From Nitrospinales bacterium (GTDB taxonomy: Bacteria; Nitrospinota; Nitrospinia; Nitrospinales; VA-1): 64,000 nucleotides of DNA. The translations under genes were made by a program, and so were the position numbers. How positions within the stretch are numbered: position 1 is the stretch's first letter; every line of letters begins with the position of its first letter. The DNA lies in the NCBI GenBank assembly GCA_965262115.1, contig OZ253496.1, forward strand, positions 512,001 to 576,000. The letters run 5' to 3'. Below the pieces are notes generated by a model, which searched no databases, was not told the origin of the DNA, and saw only the letters and a list, made by a program, of their open reading frames with translations. Positions 18,565 through 27,796 of the stretch are shown one piece after another.

Positions 18565-20941
18565 ATCTTTTTCCATTGGCAAAGAGGGGATGCGCTCCTA
18601 CCAGTCCAGCCAGGAAAAAGCTCTCAAGCTCCCTGAATTAGACAAGGGGGAATCAGGCACTCCTGATTGGCAGTGGGGAAAAGATGAGAGACCACTTCCA
18701 CCCTCGGAATTGCAGTATTTGGAAGCTGAAGAGGAAGCTCCTGCGGCAGATTGGTTTTGGGCAAATGGAAATCCGTTGACAACAAATGAAAGTTTGGCCA
18801 TGCCCCGGTCACTAACCTTCCCAAACTGGATCCAGAATGGTGACGACCCCATCAACCGTTCGCCAGAAGAAACAAAATCTCAACCCGCCGGACAAGAAGT
18901 TTTTCTAACCGCCGACCACATGACGCATGATAATAACCGCAATCTCCTCTGGGCATGGGGAAAAGTGATTATCCGGTTGGATGACAGAGTTATTCGGGCA
19001 GATAAAGTCAAGGTGAACAATAAGACAGGAAACGGTAAGGCCACCGGCCATGTCATCATCACTCAAGATGACGGAACCCGTCTCAAATCCAAAAAAGCCC
19101 TGTTTAATATCAATAACCAGCAAGGCAAACTTTTTGAAACCCGAGGCAGGCTTGGTGAAAAGTATTATATCGAGGGAAAGGAAATCACCCGGTACTCTAA
19201 AAATCATTATAAAGTTCAGAAAGGACATCTCACAACCTGTGAAGGTAAGCTTCCGGATTGGCTTTTTGAAGCGGAATCGATGGACATTGTAATGGGTGAC
19301 CGGGTTCTTTTTACCAATGGGGTCTTTAAGATAAGAGATGTCCCCATCCTTTACATCCCGATAGGCTACCTGCCCATCGATCAGGAACGTAAAAGTGGAC
19401 TTCTAATTCCTTATTTTGGAAGCGGTAGTGTTGGGGGAGCCTCCTTTAACAATGCCTATTATTGGGCCATCAATGGGCACTCCGACGCGACATTCGGCTT
19501 GGATTATTCGGAGCAGCGCGGCTTCAAACCTTCAATTGAGTACAGGTACACCCCCAATAGTCATACTACGGGCTCCTTCAATGCTTCTTTTATTGATGAC
19601 AAGGCTACTGACTCTACATTCTGGAAAGTGGATGCCATCCACAAACAAACTCTCCCTCATGGTTTCAAGTTTAGTGGAAAACTTGACTTGGAAAGTGAGG
19701 AATTCAATAGAAACTTCAACGATAGCACCAGCCAAAGGGCCCGCCGCAATTCAGACTCCTACGCTACCATCACAAAAAACTGGGGAAGCAGTTCCTTGGA
19801 TATTCTGACCCGATATCAGGACAGTTCTGAATCAGACAGCGACCAAACCTTTGCGCAACTGCCTCAAATAACCCACAAGACACAAAGGCACTCCATTGGG
19901 GACACAGATTTTTTCTTCAGCCAGGATTCCAGCTTCACATCGTTTCTTACGGATCTGAATCAAAGCCCGGATGTAGACGACAATTTTTCCGTACAGCGCT
20001 TCGATTTTCATCCTAGAATCTCCTACACGACGAAAATCGCCCCGTGGCTTACTCTCACTCCTACCCTTGGGCTTAGAGAAACCATTTACAGTAAAGGGTT
20101 GGACACAACAGATAATAAAAATAAACGCCTGGGCTTTTTCACCCGGGAATCCTTCGATGTCAGCGCCAGTCTCCAGGGCCCAAGATTTGAAAAGATTTTC
20201 GACCTCAAAAATAAATACATCCCCAAGGTCAAACATTTAATAGAACCCCGCATCACCTATAATTACATTCCCGCCATGGATGAAACCGATCGTAGAAAAA
20301 TAAAAGTATTTGATAGCATCGATACCGTGAACCAACAAAGCACGATCACTTATTCGTTAACCCAAAGGATATTACAAAAGGAACGGGAGAAAGGTGACAA
20401 CTTTAATACCCGCGAAGTCCTTCGCTTTGATATCAGCCAAACGATTGATCTGATCGAGGCCACCGGATCGGAAACATCCGATAACAAGCGCCCATTTTCT
20501 GACCTTCGTTTTGACCTGGATAGCCGATTGTATGACAATTTGGAACTCAATTTCGACTCGACTTTTGACGTCCATGAAAATGTTCTCAAAACCTTTAACG
20601 TTGAGTTAGGGGTCAAACCCATTGACTCCCTATATCTTTTTTTTGAAAGGCGTTTTACCATAAATCAGGAAACCTTTCTCGTGGGTACCGTGGACTGGAC
20701 CTTCGGCGAAGGCTGGAGAATCCAAGGCACAACCCGCTTTGACGAAAAAGAAAAAGTATTTCAGGAAAACAACTTCAGCTTGCTATACGATAACCCCTGC
20801 AAATGCTGGGGTTTCAAATTTGATATAGTTGAAAGAAATAACCTTGCGCGAGGACTGGGGAGTGACAGGGAGGTCAAATATCTTTTGGGTATTACACTGA
20901 GAGGCCTCGGCTCTCTGAGCACGGGAAACAAAAAAAATTAA
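18515..20941 (+). CDS. lptD: LPS assembly protein LptD
   Basis: OstA-like N-domain (LTADHM, TTCEGKLPDW), RKSGLLIP, beta-barrel, and CKCWGF near the C-terminus; follows folC. Confidence 0.9.
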   Translation: MKTLLLVLGIFFTLTSESFSIGKEGMRSYQSSQEKALKLPELDKGESGTPDWQWGKDERPLPPSELQYLEAEEEAPAADWFWANGNPLTTNESLAMPRSLTFPNWIQNGDDPINRSPEETKSQPAGQEVFLTADHMTHDNNRNLLWAWGKVIIRLDDRVIRADKVKVNNKTGNGKATGHVIITQDDGTRLKSKKALFNINNQQGKLFETRGRLGEKYYIEGKEITRYSKNHYKVQKGHLTTCEGKLPDWLFEAESMDIVMGDRVLFTNGVFKIRDVPILYIPIGYLPIDQERKSGLLIPYFGSGSVGGASFNNAYYWAINGHSDATFGLDYSEQRGFKPSIEYRYTPNSHTTGSFNASFIDDKATDSTFWKVDAIHKQTLPHGFKFSGKLDLESEEFNRNFNDSTSQRARRNSDSYATITKNWGSSSLDILTRYQDSSESDSDQTFAQLPQITHKTQRHSIGDTDFFFSQDSSFTSFLTDLNQSPDVDDNFSVQRFDFHPRISYTTKIAPWLTLTPTLGLRETIYSKGLDTTDNKNKRLGFFTRESFDVSASLQGPRFEKIFDLKNKYIPKVKHLIEPRITYNYIPAMDETDRRKIKVFDSIDTVNQQSTITYSLTQRILQKEREKGDNFNTREVLRFDISQTIDLIEATGSETSDNKRPFSDLRFDLDSRLYDNLELNFDSTFDVHENVLKTFNVELGVKPIDSLYLFFERRFTINQETFLVGTVDWTFGEGWRIQGTTRFDEKEKVFQENNFSLLYDNPCKCWGFKFDIVERNNLARGLGSDREVKYLLGITLRGLGSLSTGNKKN

Positions 20942-20966
20942 TCCACCGCGAGTTTAAATCGATAAA

Positions 20967-21608
20967 ATGAGCATTGCAGAGAATATTGCCCAGGTGGCGT
21001 TAGAAATCGGCGCAATCCAAATCAATGCCCGCGAGCCTTTCACTTGGGCTTCCGGTTATAAAATGCCCCTCTATAATGACAACCGCCTGCTTCTGGGAAA
21101 CGCCGAACACCGTGCCCTGATTGCAAAAGGCTTTCAAGACCTGTTAAAAAAATGTGCGGCTGAAGTAGAAGTCATAGCCGGCACCGCGACCGCCGGGATC
21201 CCCCATGCCACCACTCTGGCTGACCTGCTTCAGATTCCCTTGGTTTATGTCAGGTCTACGGCCAAATCCCATGGCATGGGCAACAAAATTGAAGGGGTTC
21301 TAAAACAAAATCAGCGGGTATTAGTCATTGAGGATCTGGTTTCAACAGGGGCGAGTGCGGTCAACGCCGTGACAGCCATCCGGAAAGCCGGGGGCATTGT
21401 CGACCATTGTTGCAGTATTTTCAGCTATGGGTTCCCCGAGGCTACAGAAAAGTTTAAAAGCATCTCCTGCCAAATCCATTCTATCCTAATTTTTTCCGAA
21501 CTGCTGCAGGTAGCCCAATTCACCCAAAATCTCCCTCAAAATGATATTGAAACACTGCGCTCCTGGCAGGAAGCCCCCTTCAAGTGGGCAGAAAATAAGG
21601 GGCTTTAA
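20967..21608 (+). CDS. pyrE: Orotate phosphoribosyltransferase
   Basis: FTWASG..MPLYNDNR, GTATAGIPHA, VIEDLVSTGAS (PRPP loop). Confidence 0.95.
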   Translation: MSIAENIAQVALEIGAIQINAREPFTWASGYKMPLYNDNRLLLGNAEHRALIAKGFQDLLKKCAAEVEVIAGTATAGIPHATTLADLLQIPLVYVRSTAKSHGMGNKIEGVLKQNQRVLVIEDLVSTGASAVNAVTAIRKAGGIVDHCCSIFSYGFPEATEKFKSISCQIHSILIFSELLQVAQFTQNLPQNDIETLRSWQEAPFKWAENKGL

Positions 21609-21810
21609 GCTACTATAGCGTACCTTTAAGTCTGCGTTGCTCTGGGCTCGACTAGCAATAACTTTCTTTAGTGAGCAAAGAATCGTATCGGCTCAATAAG
21701 CTCTTGTCCAGATTCCGACTCACTTGTTTGCAGCTTCGAGTACCGTGTCCATTTCCTCTATATTTCAAATCAGAATAAGTATGCTCATGGGCAAACCCCT
21801 TAATAATTTA

Positions 21811-21853
21811 TTGACATATGAAATCTATTTCGTGTATTATATTTCTTGTATTA
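21811..21853 (+). promoter_or_regulatory. Sigma70-like promoter with overlapping operator-like repeats
   Basis: TTGACA-N18-TATTAT; imperfect palindrome ATGAAAT-CT-ATTTCGT in the spacer; 14-bp tandem TATTTC(G/T)TGTATTA x2. Confidence 0.6.
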
Positions 21854-21907
21854 ATCATGGCATAAGTTAAGCTTTGGAAGTATTGTCTGTTCCAAATAGG
21901 ATCTAGG

Positions 21908-22201
21908 ATGAGCGCAAGAAAAATAAATACTCCGTCGTGGACTTTTTTGACGAATCATGGACACGTTCTGTTGTGTCTGGCCAAAAATCCGTCTGAACGC
22001 ATTCGAGACATTGCATTGGAAGTTGGAATCACGGAACGTGCAGTTCAGCGCATTATCGTTGAGCTGGAGGCGGGCCGGTATTTGGACCACATCCGCGAAG
22101 GAAGGAGAAACGTGTACAAAGTGTTCAGCCGCAAGCCCCTGAGACATGGTATTGAGAAACATCGACAAGTACATGATCTGATCCAGCTAATTAATAAATG
22201 A
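21908..22201 (+). CDS. Winged-helix transcriptional regulator (MarR/AsnC-like)
   Basis: [15 protein letters not shown]...[24 protein letters not shown]...REGRRNVY. Confidence 0.9.
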   Translation: MSARKINTPSWTFLTNHGHVLLCLAKNPSERIRDIALEVGITERAVQRIIVELEAGRYLDHIREGRRNVYKVFSRKPLRHGIEKHRQVHDLIQLINK

Positions 22202-22391
22202 CTTGAAGCAAATCATAATGCCCATATATCAACATCCTCGATGAAGCCGAAAATATACTTAATTACTTACGGAATACTCGAGCTAATTATTTGGAAAATA
22301 AAAATACGGGAAATAAAAGCGAACTGAGTGAAGCGTTCTCATTTATGGGGAGTACGCTGGAGATCTCTATGCAAGAGGTAAATCCTTCTAT

Positions 22392-25300
22392 ATGAGTACT
22401 ATTTCAGTGAAGCCCCTTTCCTCAGAAGATCGTGATCGGGTTCGGCAAATTGTATTGAACGCCAGTGAGCCAATTGCGCCGTTTTGGCCCATGCGGACCA
22501 TGATCGCGCAGAATCCCATTCATGGATTGGAATATCTGCCGTTTGATCAGGCTGTTCGAAAAGGCCAGGCCCTCCTTGGTGGAAATGGGTATCTTGCGAA
22601 TGAGGAGTATCGTCAATTTTACCGAAACGGCCGTATTACCAAAGAAAGTTTTAAGCGCGCTTTTTCCAGGGTTGGGCCTCGCCCCGATGGACAGGTTTTT
22701 ATTGAAGTTGGAAGTCGAAAGGTTACCCCAAAAGATGCTTGGCAATTACACATACTTTTTGGCTTCGAGGAATTGCCATTATCCCTCTTGGAATGGGAGT
22801 TAAGCGGTGGTGGAGCTACAAAACAGTTTCGGCAAGATCTTTCCGAGGAATCCCAGAAACAAATTATTGAGCAAACCATCAAAGAATGTGAACAGTGTCC
22901 GGTGTATCCAGAAGAGGCCTACCTGACGAATTTATGGAAGAGTGTGTTAGCCACCTTCGGGCTATCTGATTTTCATGCTTCATCTCAAATATCTGGGGAT
23001 TCGCATTCGCAAACTTCAGCACCCATTTCCTTGTCGCCTCAACAGACCATCAGCGATTGGGTTGATGGTTTGACTGAGGGTGGGGTGGTCGACCAAGTCA
23101 ATAATCAACTCATAGAATGGGTGGCGGCGTTTCTCGATGAAGGATTAGCCGGCTGGGAAATGCCTGGCCGAGAAGTAGGTTTCTACCAAGTATGGCGGAA
23201 CCTGGCGCAGAAAGATTTTTCGGGGCAGCTTCTCGGGATTACAGATTTCGCCCAAAAAGTTCATAGCCTTCCTGCAGCTCCAGAGGACGCGATCCGTTCC
23301 AGCTTGCACCAACTCGAAATTCCCCAAGAACAATGGGAAGATTATCTCTCAAGGCAACTATCATTATTACCAGGCTGGACGCGATACATACGGTGGCTTG
23401 GGGAACACCCAACCTACCATGCGCAACACAAACATCCCATTGACACCACACAATATCTGGCCGTGCGTTTATTCTATGAAATGGAGTTGACCAACATTAA
23501 GTGCCAGCAAGAATGGGGAATTGATGGGACCGTTTCTACCCTGACTGCATATTGGAATGATCGACCCAAAGAATACCACCAACAAAGTTGGCATGGAGTG
23601 CAATCTGGGAATCAAACTAAACAGATGAAATGTCGATATGCTTGGCGATTATTCCATTTGGCACAGTTTCTTGAGTTATCTCCAAGAGAAGTTCAAGATC
23701 TCTCGCTTACTAATGCCCAGATGTTGTTGCAATGGTTAGATCACTTTCCTGCTGATCAACATGGAAGGGTATGGATTGAGGCATACGAAGATTCCTTTCG
23801 AGAGAAGATGCTGAGAAATATTTCAGCGCATCGCGGAACGGTACCAGAATTGGAAACTCGTCCCCATGCACAACTAGCCTTTTGTATCGACGTACGTTCC
23901 GAATCATTTCGTCGCCATATTGAAGCCCAGGGTTCCTATGAAACGTTTGGGTTTGCAGGGTTTTTTGGCATTCCCATTAGCCATCAAGCTTTTGATAGTA
24001 ATCAACGTTACTCTTTATGTCCGGTATTATTGACTCCTAACCATGCGGTAACGGAATCACCTCGGTCGGGAGAGGGAGCGGCGTTAGAAAAATATTCTTC
24101 TGGTACTCGCTGGTACCAACTGGGGCACCATCTTTTTCACGACCTGAAACATCATCCTATTGGGTCGATGATGATGATTGATGTATTGGGATTCTTTTTT
24201 AGTCTGGGGTTGGTGGGCAAGACCTTGTTCCAAAAAAGATTTCGTGGAATGACCTCTACTATCCAGAGTTGGTTGACGCATAGGGTTCCAACCCAGATCT
24301 CAATTTCCACGCCATCTAATCCTCAAAATCCCAGGATCGGAGAAGTGAATGCGGAAGGGATTCCTGACAGGCTTTCTCGGGGGTTTTCTCTTTCGGAACG
24401 GGCGATATTTATCAAAAATGGTTTGCGTGCTATGGGGTTCACCAAAAATTTTGCTCGTTTGGTGTGCCTCTGTGGCCATGGGAGTGAGACCGACAACAAT
24501 CCCTACTATGGGGCGTTGGATTGCGGGGCTTGCGGGGGAGCACCGGGCGATGCAAATGCGCGAGTTTTTGCCGCGATGGCGAATGAACCTGAAGTTCGTC
24601 GCATTCTCAAGGAAATAGGGTTGCCGATTCCCGATGACACCTGGTTTCTTCCGGGGAAACATAACACGACGACTGATCGGGTCGAGTTTTACGATCTAGA
24701 GGAACTGCCTGATTCGCATAAAGAATATTTTCAGGCGTTGAAAAAGAATCTCGAAGAAGCTGGTGCGAAGCAGGCTCTTGAGCGATGCCATCGCATTCCC
24801 AGTGCTCCGACTGAAATTTCTCCAGAGCAGGCTTTTGCTCATGTAGACGAACGCAGTTGCGATTGGGCGAATACTCGACCGGAATGGGGATTAGCGGGCA
24901 ATGGCGCATTTCTCATTGGAAAACGAAAACTGACCAAAGGGTTAGATTTAGGCGGTCGGGTTTTCTTGCATTCTTATGATTCTGCTGATGATCCCCAGGG
25001 AGCCATCCTCGAAAATATCATGACTGCGCCATTAATTGTCGGCCAGTGGATTAGCACAGGCTATTATTTTTCTACGGTTGATCCGTGGGTGTATGGAAGT
25101 GGCAGCAAGGTGTTGCACAATGTCGTCGGGGGTGTTGGGATGATGCTGGGAAGCCAAAGTGATTTGCAAATGGGATTCCCCTTACAAACAGTTAATAACG
25201 GAGAAACTCATTATCATGAACCTATGCGACTCTTAGCTATCATCGAACAGACACCGAGTGTAATCTCATCTGTCATTCAAAAACACTCGATCCTTCAACA

Positions 25301-25406
25301 GTTGTTTCATAATCAATGGCTCAATCTTGTGGCCTTGGATCCCAATACGTTTGAGTTTCATCGGTACAATTCGAATGCTTCTTGGGAATCCATACGGCTG
25401 GGGTAA
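22392..25406 (+). CDS. dabA: DUF2309 inorganic carbon transporter subunit DabA (beta-carbonic-anhydrase-like)
   Basis: IAPFWP...AQNPIHGLE, FCIDVRSE, GFAGFFG, CGHGS, ALDCGACGG, HNTTTD, DWANTRPEWGL, FLHSYD, HEPMRL; the Zn-ligand C/D/H/C set is intact. Confidence 0.95.
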   Translation: MSTISVKPLSSEDRDRVRQIVLNASEPIAPFWPMRTMIAQNPIHGLEYLPFDQAVRKGQALLGGNGYLANEEYRQFYRNGRITKESFKRAFSRVGPRPDGQVFIEVGSRKVTPKDAWQLHILFGFEELPLSLLEWELSGGGATKQFRQDLSEESQKQIIEQTIKECEQCPVYPEEAYLTNLWKSVLATFGLSDFHASSQISGDSHSQTSAPISLSPQQTISDWVDGLTEGGVVDQVNNQLIEWVAAFLDEGLAGWEMPGREVGFYQVWRNLAQKDFSGQLLGITDFAQKVHSLPAAPEDAIRSSLHQLEIPQEQWEDYLSRQLSLLPGWTRYIRWLGEHPTYHAQHKHPIDTTQYLAVRLFYEMELTNIKCQQEWGIDGTVSTLTAYWNDRPKEYHQQSWHGVQSGNQTKQMKCRYAWRLFHLAQFLELSPREVQDLSLTNAQMLLQWLDHFPADQHGRVWIEAYEDSFREKMLRNISAHRGTVPELETRPHAQLAFCIDVRSESFRRHIEAQGSYETFGFAGFFGIPISHQAFDSNQRYSLCPVLLTPNHAVTESPRSGEGAALEKYSSGTRWYQLGHHLFHDLKHHPIGSMMMIDVLGFFFSLGLVGKTLFQKRFRGMTSTIQSWLTHRVPTQISISTPSNPQNPRIGEVNAEGIPDRLSRGFSLSERAIFIKNGLRAMGFTKNFARLVCLCGHGSETDNNPYYGALDCGACGGAPGDANARVFAAMANEPEVRRILKEIGLPIPDDTWFLPGKHNTTTDRVEFYDLEELPDSHKEYFQALKKNLEEAGAKQALERCHRIPSAPTEISPEQAFAHVDERSCDWANTRPEWGLAGNGAFLIGKRKLTKGLDLGGRVFLHSYDSADDPQGAILENIMTAPLIVGQWISTGYYFSTVDPWVYGSGSKVLHNVVGGVGMMLGSQSDLQMGFPLQTVNNGETHYHEPMRLLAIIEQTPSVISSVIQKHSILQQLFHNQWLNLVALDPNTFEFHRYNSNASWESIRLG

Positions 25407-25415
25407 AGCAGAGTT

Positions 25416-25898
25416 ATGTCACCAATAACACTCATTCTAAAAACTATCGGACTTTTCGGGCTTTGGGTCTTGTTATCCGGCAAGCTGGACGCGTTTCATC
25501 TCTCAATTGGATTTCTCGGTGCTGCTTTGATTGCTTGGGTGAACACCGAACCTCAACATTTAGATGAACCACCATTGCCTCACGTACGACTTATCCTTTA
25601 TTGGCCTTGGTTATTCTTGGAAATTGTCAAGAGCAGTCTAAATATTACGAAAATTATTCTTGATCCAAAGCTTCCTATCAATCCACGACTCATCCAATAT
25701 CCTACTAATCTTGGAAGTAATCCAGCGGTTGTATTGTTGGGAAATTCTATTACGTTAACCCCGGGGACTGTCACGATTGAGGTCTCCTCCAGTGAATTGG
25801 TGATTCATGCTCTGGATGACAAATCATCCAGCGGTCTGGAGTCGAGAGACATGGAACGAAAAATTGCCGAGGCTTTCCATTCGAGGGGGCAAACCTGA
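25416..25898 (+). CDS. mrpE: Na+/H+ antiporter subunit E (MrpE/MbhA-like)
   Basis: LGNSITLTPGTVTI...LVIHAL. Confidence 0.92.
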   Translation: MSPITLILKTIGLFGLWVLLSGKLDAFHLSIGFLGAALIAWVNTEPQHLDEPPLPHVRLILYWPWLFLEIVKSSLNITKIILDPKLPINPRLIQYPTNLGSNPAVVLLGNSITLTPGTVTIEVSSSELVIHALDDKSSSGLESRDMERKIAEAFHSRGQT

Positions 25899-26170
25899 TG
25901 TTTACTTCGTACCATTTTTTCTTTCTCATTCTCACCATACTTATCCTTGTTTATATGTATCGGGTGTTTCAGGGTCCTACAGTTTACGACCGGATTTTGG
26001 GCCTAAATGGGATTTCAACCAAGGCCATTCTTTTGTTGACCATTTTGGGAAGTCTGTATGGACGAATAGAAATGTTTGTTGATATCGCGTTGGGCTATGC
26101 CATGCTCAACATTATTGGTGGACTGGCGGTAGGAAAATATCTAGAACAAAAAGGGACTCGGGAATGTTAG
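25898..26170 (+). CDS. mrpF: Na+/H+ antiporter subunit F (MrpF/MbhB-like)
   Basis: RVFQGPTVYDRILGL...FVDIALGYAML. Confidence 0.92.
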   Translation: MFTSYHFFFLILTILILVYMYRVFQGPTVYDRILGLNGISTKAILLLTILGSLYGRIEMFVDIALGYAMLNIIGGLAVGKYLEQKGTREC

Positions 26171-26463
26171 CAGTCGATACCCTATTAATTTGTATTGGCC
26201 TCTTTTTTCTGACGGTTGCGGCTATTGGCATCGTTCGTTTACCTGATGTCTTTTCCAGATCTCATGCGTTAAGCATTACCGATACCCTTGGCACTTTTTT
26301 TGTCTTAACAGGCGTGGCTTTTTATCAAGGGCTTACCCTTGCTGATGTGAAAATAATGTTGATTCTTCTTGCCCTTTGGCATCTTAATCCAGTCATTTCC
26401 CATGTGATCCTTAGAGTAGCTCTCCGAAATGGTGTGCGCCCTTGGGTCAAGGAGAAAAAATGA
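26164..26463 (+). CDS. mrpG: Na+/H+ antiporter subunit G (MrpG/MbhC-like)
   Basis: IGIVRLPDVFSRSHA...DTLG...PVISH. Confidence 0.92.
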   Translation: MLAVDTLLICIGLFFLTVAAIGIVRLPDVFSRSHALSITDTLGTFFVLTGVAFYQGLTLADVKIMLILLALWHLNPVISHVILRVALRNGVRPWVKEKK

Positions 26464-26999
26464 CGCTATTTGACGACTATCTTCTTCTTCTTTTGGCGGT
26501 TGTGACGGCACTGGGTGCTGTCTTTGTTCGCGACCTCTTTAGTGGAGTGCTTACCTTGGCTGCTTACAGTTTTTTTCTGGCACTTCTCTGGGCTGGTCTC
26601 GGAGCTGTTGATGTGGCCTTTACCGAAGCTGTTGTGGGTGCTGGCTTGTCCACCTTGTTTTTTTTGGTGGCCTTGTATCTAACCTCTCATCAAGAAGAAG
26701 TTCGCAAACAGTTGCCGGTACGGATAATGGCATTGGGGGGCCTGGGGATTCTGGGTTTTCTACTATTATTTGGGTCCGTGGATCTACCGGTGGTCGGGGA
26801 CCCTAAATCGCTACCTAGTAAACATGTTTCTTCCCACTATTTAAGAAAGAGTCTGGAGGAAACAGATACCCCCAATGTGGTGACGGCGGTGTTGGCCGAC
26901 TATCGAGGCTTCGACACCCTGGGCGAGACCACTGTCATATTTACCGCAGGGATAGCCTGTTGGATGTTATTAAGGAGAAGAGATAATTCAGCCACTTGA
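26460..26999 (+). CDS. DUF4040 + MbhE-like fusion (equivalent to the MrpA C-terminus / MbhD-E)
   Basis: AVDVAFTEAVVGAG and TPNVVTAVLADYRGFDTLGE. Confidence 0.88.
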   Translation: MTLFDDYLLLLLAVVTALGAVFVRDLFSGVLTLAAYSFFLALLWAGLGAVDVAFTEAVVGAGLSTLFFLVALYLTSHQEEVRKQLPVRIMALGGLGILGFLLLFGSVDLPVVGDPKSLPSKHVSSHYLRKSLEETDTPNVVTAVLADYRGFDTLGETTVIFTAGIACWMLLRRRDNSAT

Positions 27000-27435
27000 C
27001 AGTGTAATAGTTCACACCCTGACCAGAGTTATTACACCCGTTATTCAACTCTTTGCATTGTATGTACTTATTCATGGACACGATAGTCCAGGTGGCGGGT
27101 TCCAGGCAGGAACGTTGTTTGCGGCTAGTGTCATTCTGCCAATCATTGCCTTCGGCATTCAAGGTTCTCTGAGCGTGCTTGAAAGGCGAGCGATTATTTT
27201 AGGCGGGATCGGCATTTTACTTTTTGCGGGAATCGGTCTACTTCCACTTATCCTTGGAGGGGAGTTTTTAAATTACGGAAAACTGCCTATCCCAGGTATG
27301 GAGGCTTCTGCCAGGCGGCACTGGGGGATTTTGGGAATTGAAATAGGCGTTACGATTACGGTCGCTGCTACAGCCGTTTCAATTTATTATAGTTTGAGAG
27401 AACGCGGAGAAGGAGAGGAAAAACAGCATGGCTGA
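26983..27435 (+). CDS. mrpB: Na+/H+ antiporter subunit B (MrpB/MbhF-like); probable non-ATG start at 26983
   Basis: HGHDSPGGGFQAG. The frame is open from ATA at 26983 (IIQPLDSVIVHTLTRVITPVIQLFALY), behind an AGGAG RBS. Confidence 0.88.
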   Translation: MIQPLDSVIVHTLTRVITPVIQLFALYVLIHGHDSPGGGFQAGTLFAASVILPIIAFGIQGSLSVLERRAIILGGIGILLFAGIGLLPLILGGEFLNYGKLPIPGMEASARRHWGILGIEIGVTITVAATAVSIYYSLRERGEGEEKQHG

Positions 27436-27796
27436 CATATTTCTCTATCGTCCCCACTTTGTCGCGTTTATCATCCTATTTCTTTTGGGCATATATATCA
27501 TGGTGGTGTGTCTCAACCTGGTCAAAAAACTCATCGGTATGTACATCATGCAAACCAGTATCATGTTATTCTTTATCACCCTGGCAGTGAAAGAGGACAG
27601 TACGATTCCCATTATTTTGCCTTCTGTGACGGCATTGGCTCCCGAAGCCTATGCGAACCCCCTTCCCCATGTGTTGATGCTCACGGCGATTGTAGTTGGA
27701 GTTAGCACTCTTGGCGTTTCGCTTGCCATGGTTATTGCTTTGTACAGAGAGTACAACACATTGGAAGAAGATCAGATACTTGAAAAGATGAAATGA
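27428..27796 (+). CDS. mrpC: Na+/H+ antiporter subunit C (MrpC/MbhG-like)
   Basis: NLVKKLIG...NPLPHVLMLTAIVVG...Y.TLEED. Confidence 0.93.
   Translation: MADIFLYRPHFVAFIILFLLGIYIMVVCLNLVKKLIGMYIMQTSIMLFFITLAVKEDSTIPIILPSVTALAPEAYANPLPHVLMLTAIVVGVSTLGVSLAMVIALYREYNTLEEDQILEKMK

Noticed and set aside
21610..21790. Mobile element or gene remnant between pyrE and the dab regulator
   Set aside because: Only short stop-interrupted frames and no convincing terminal repeats.
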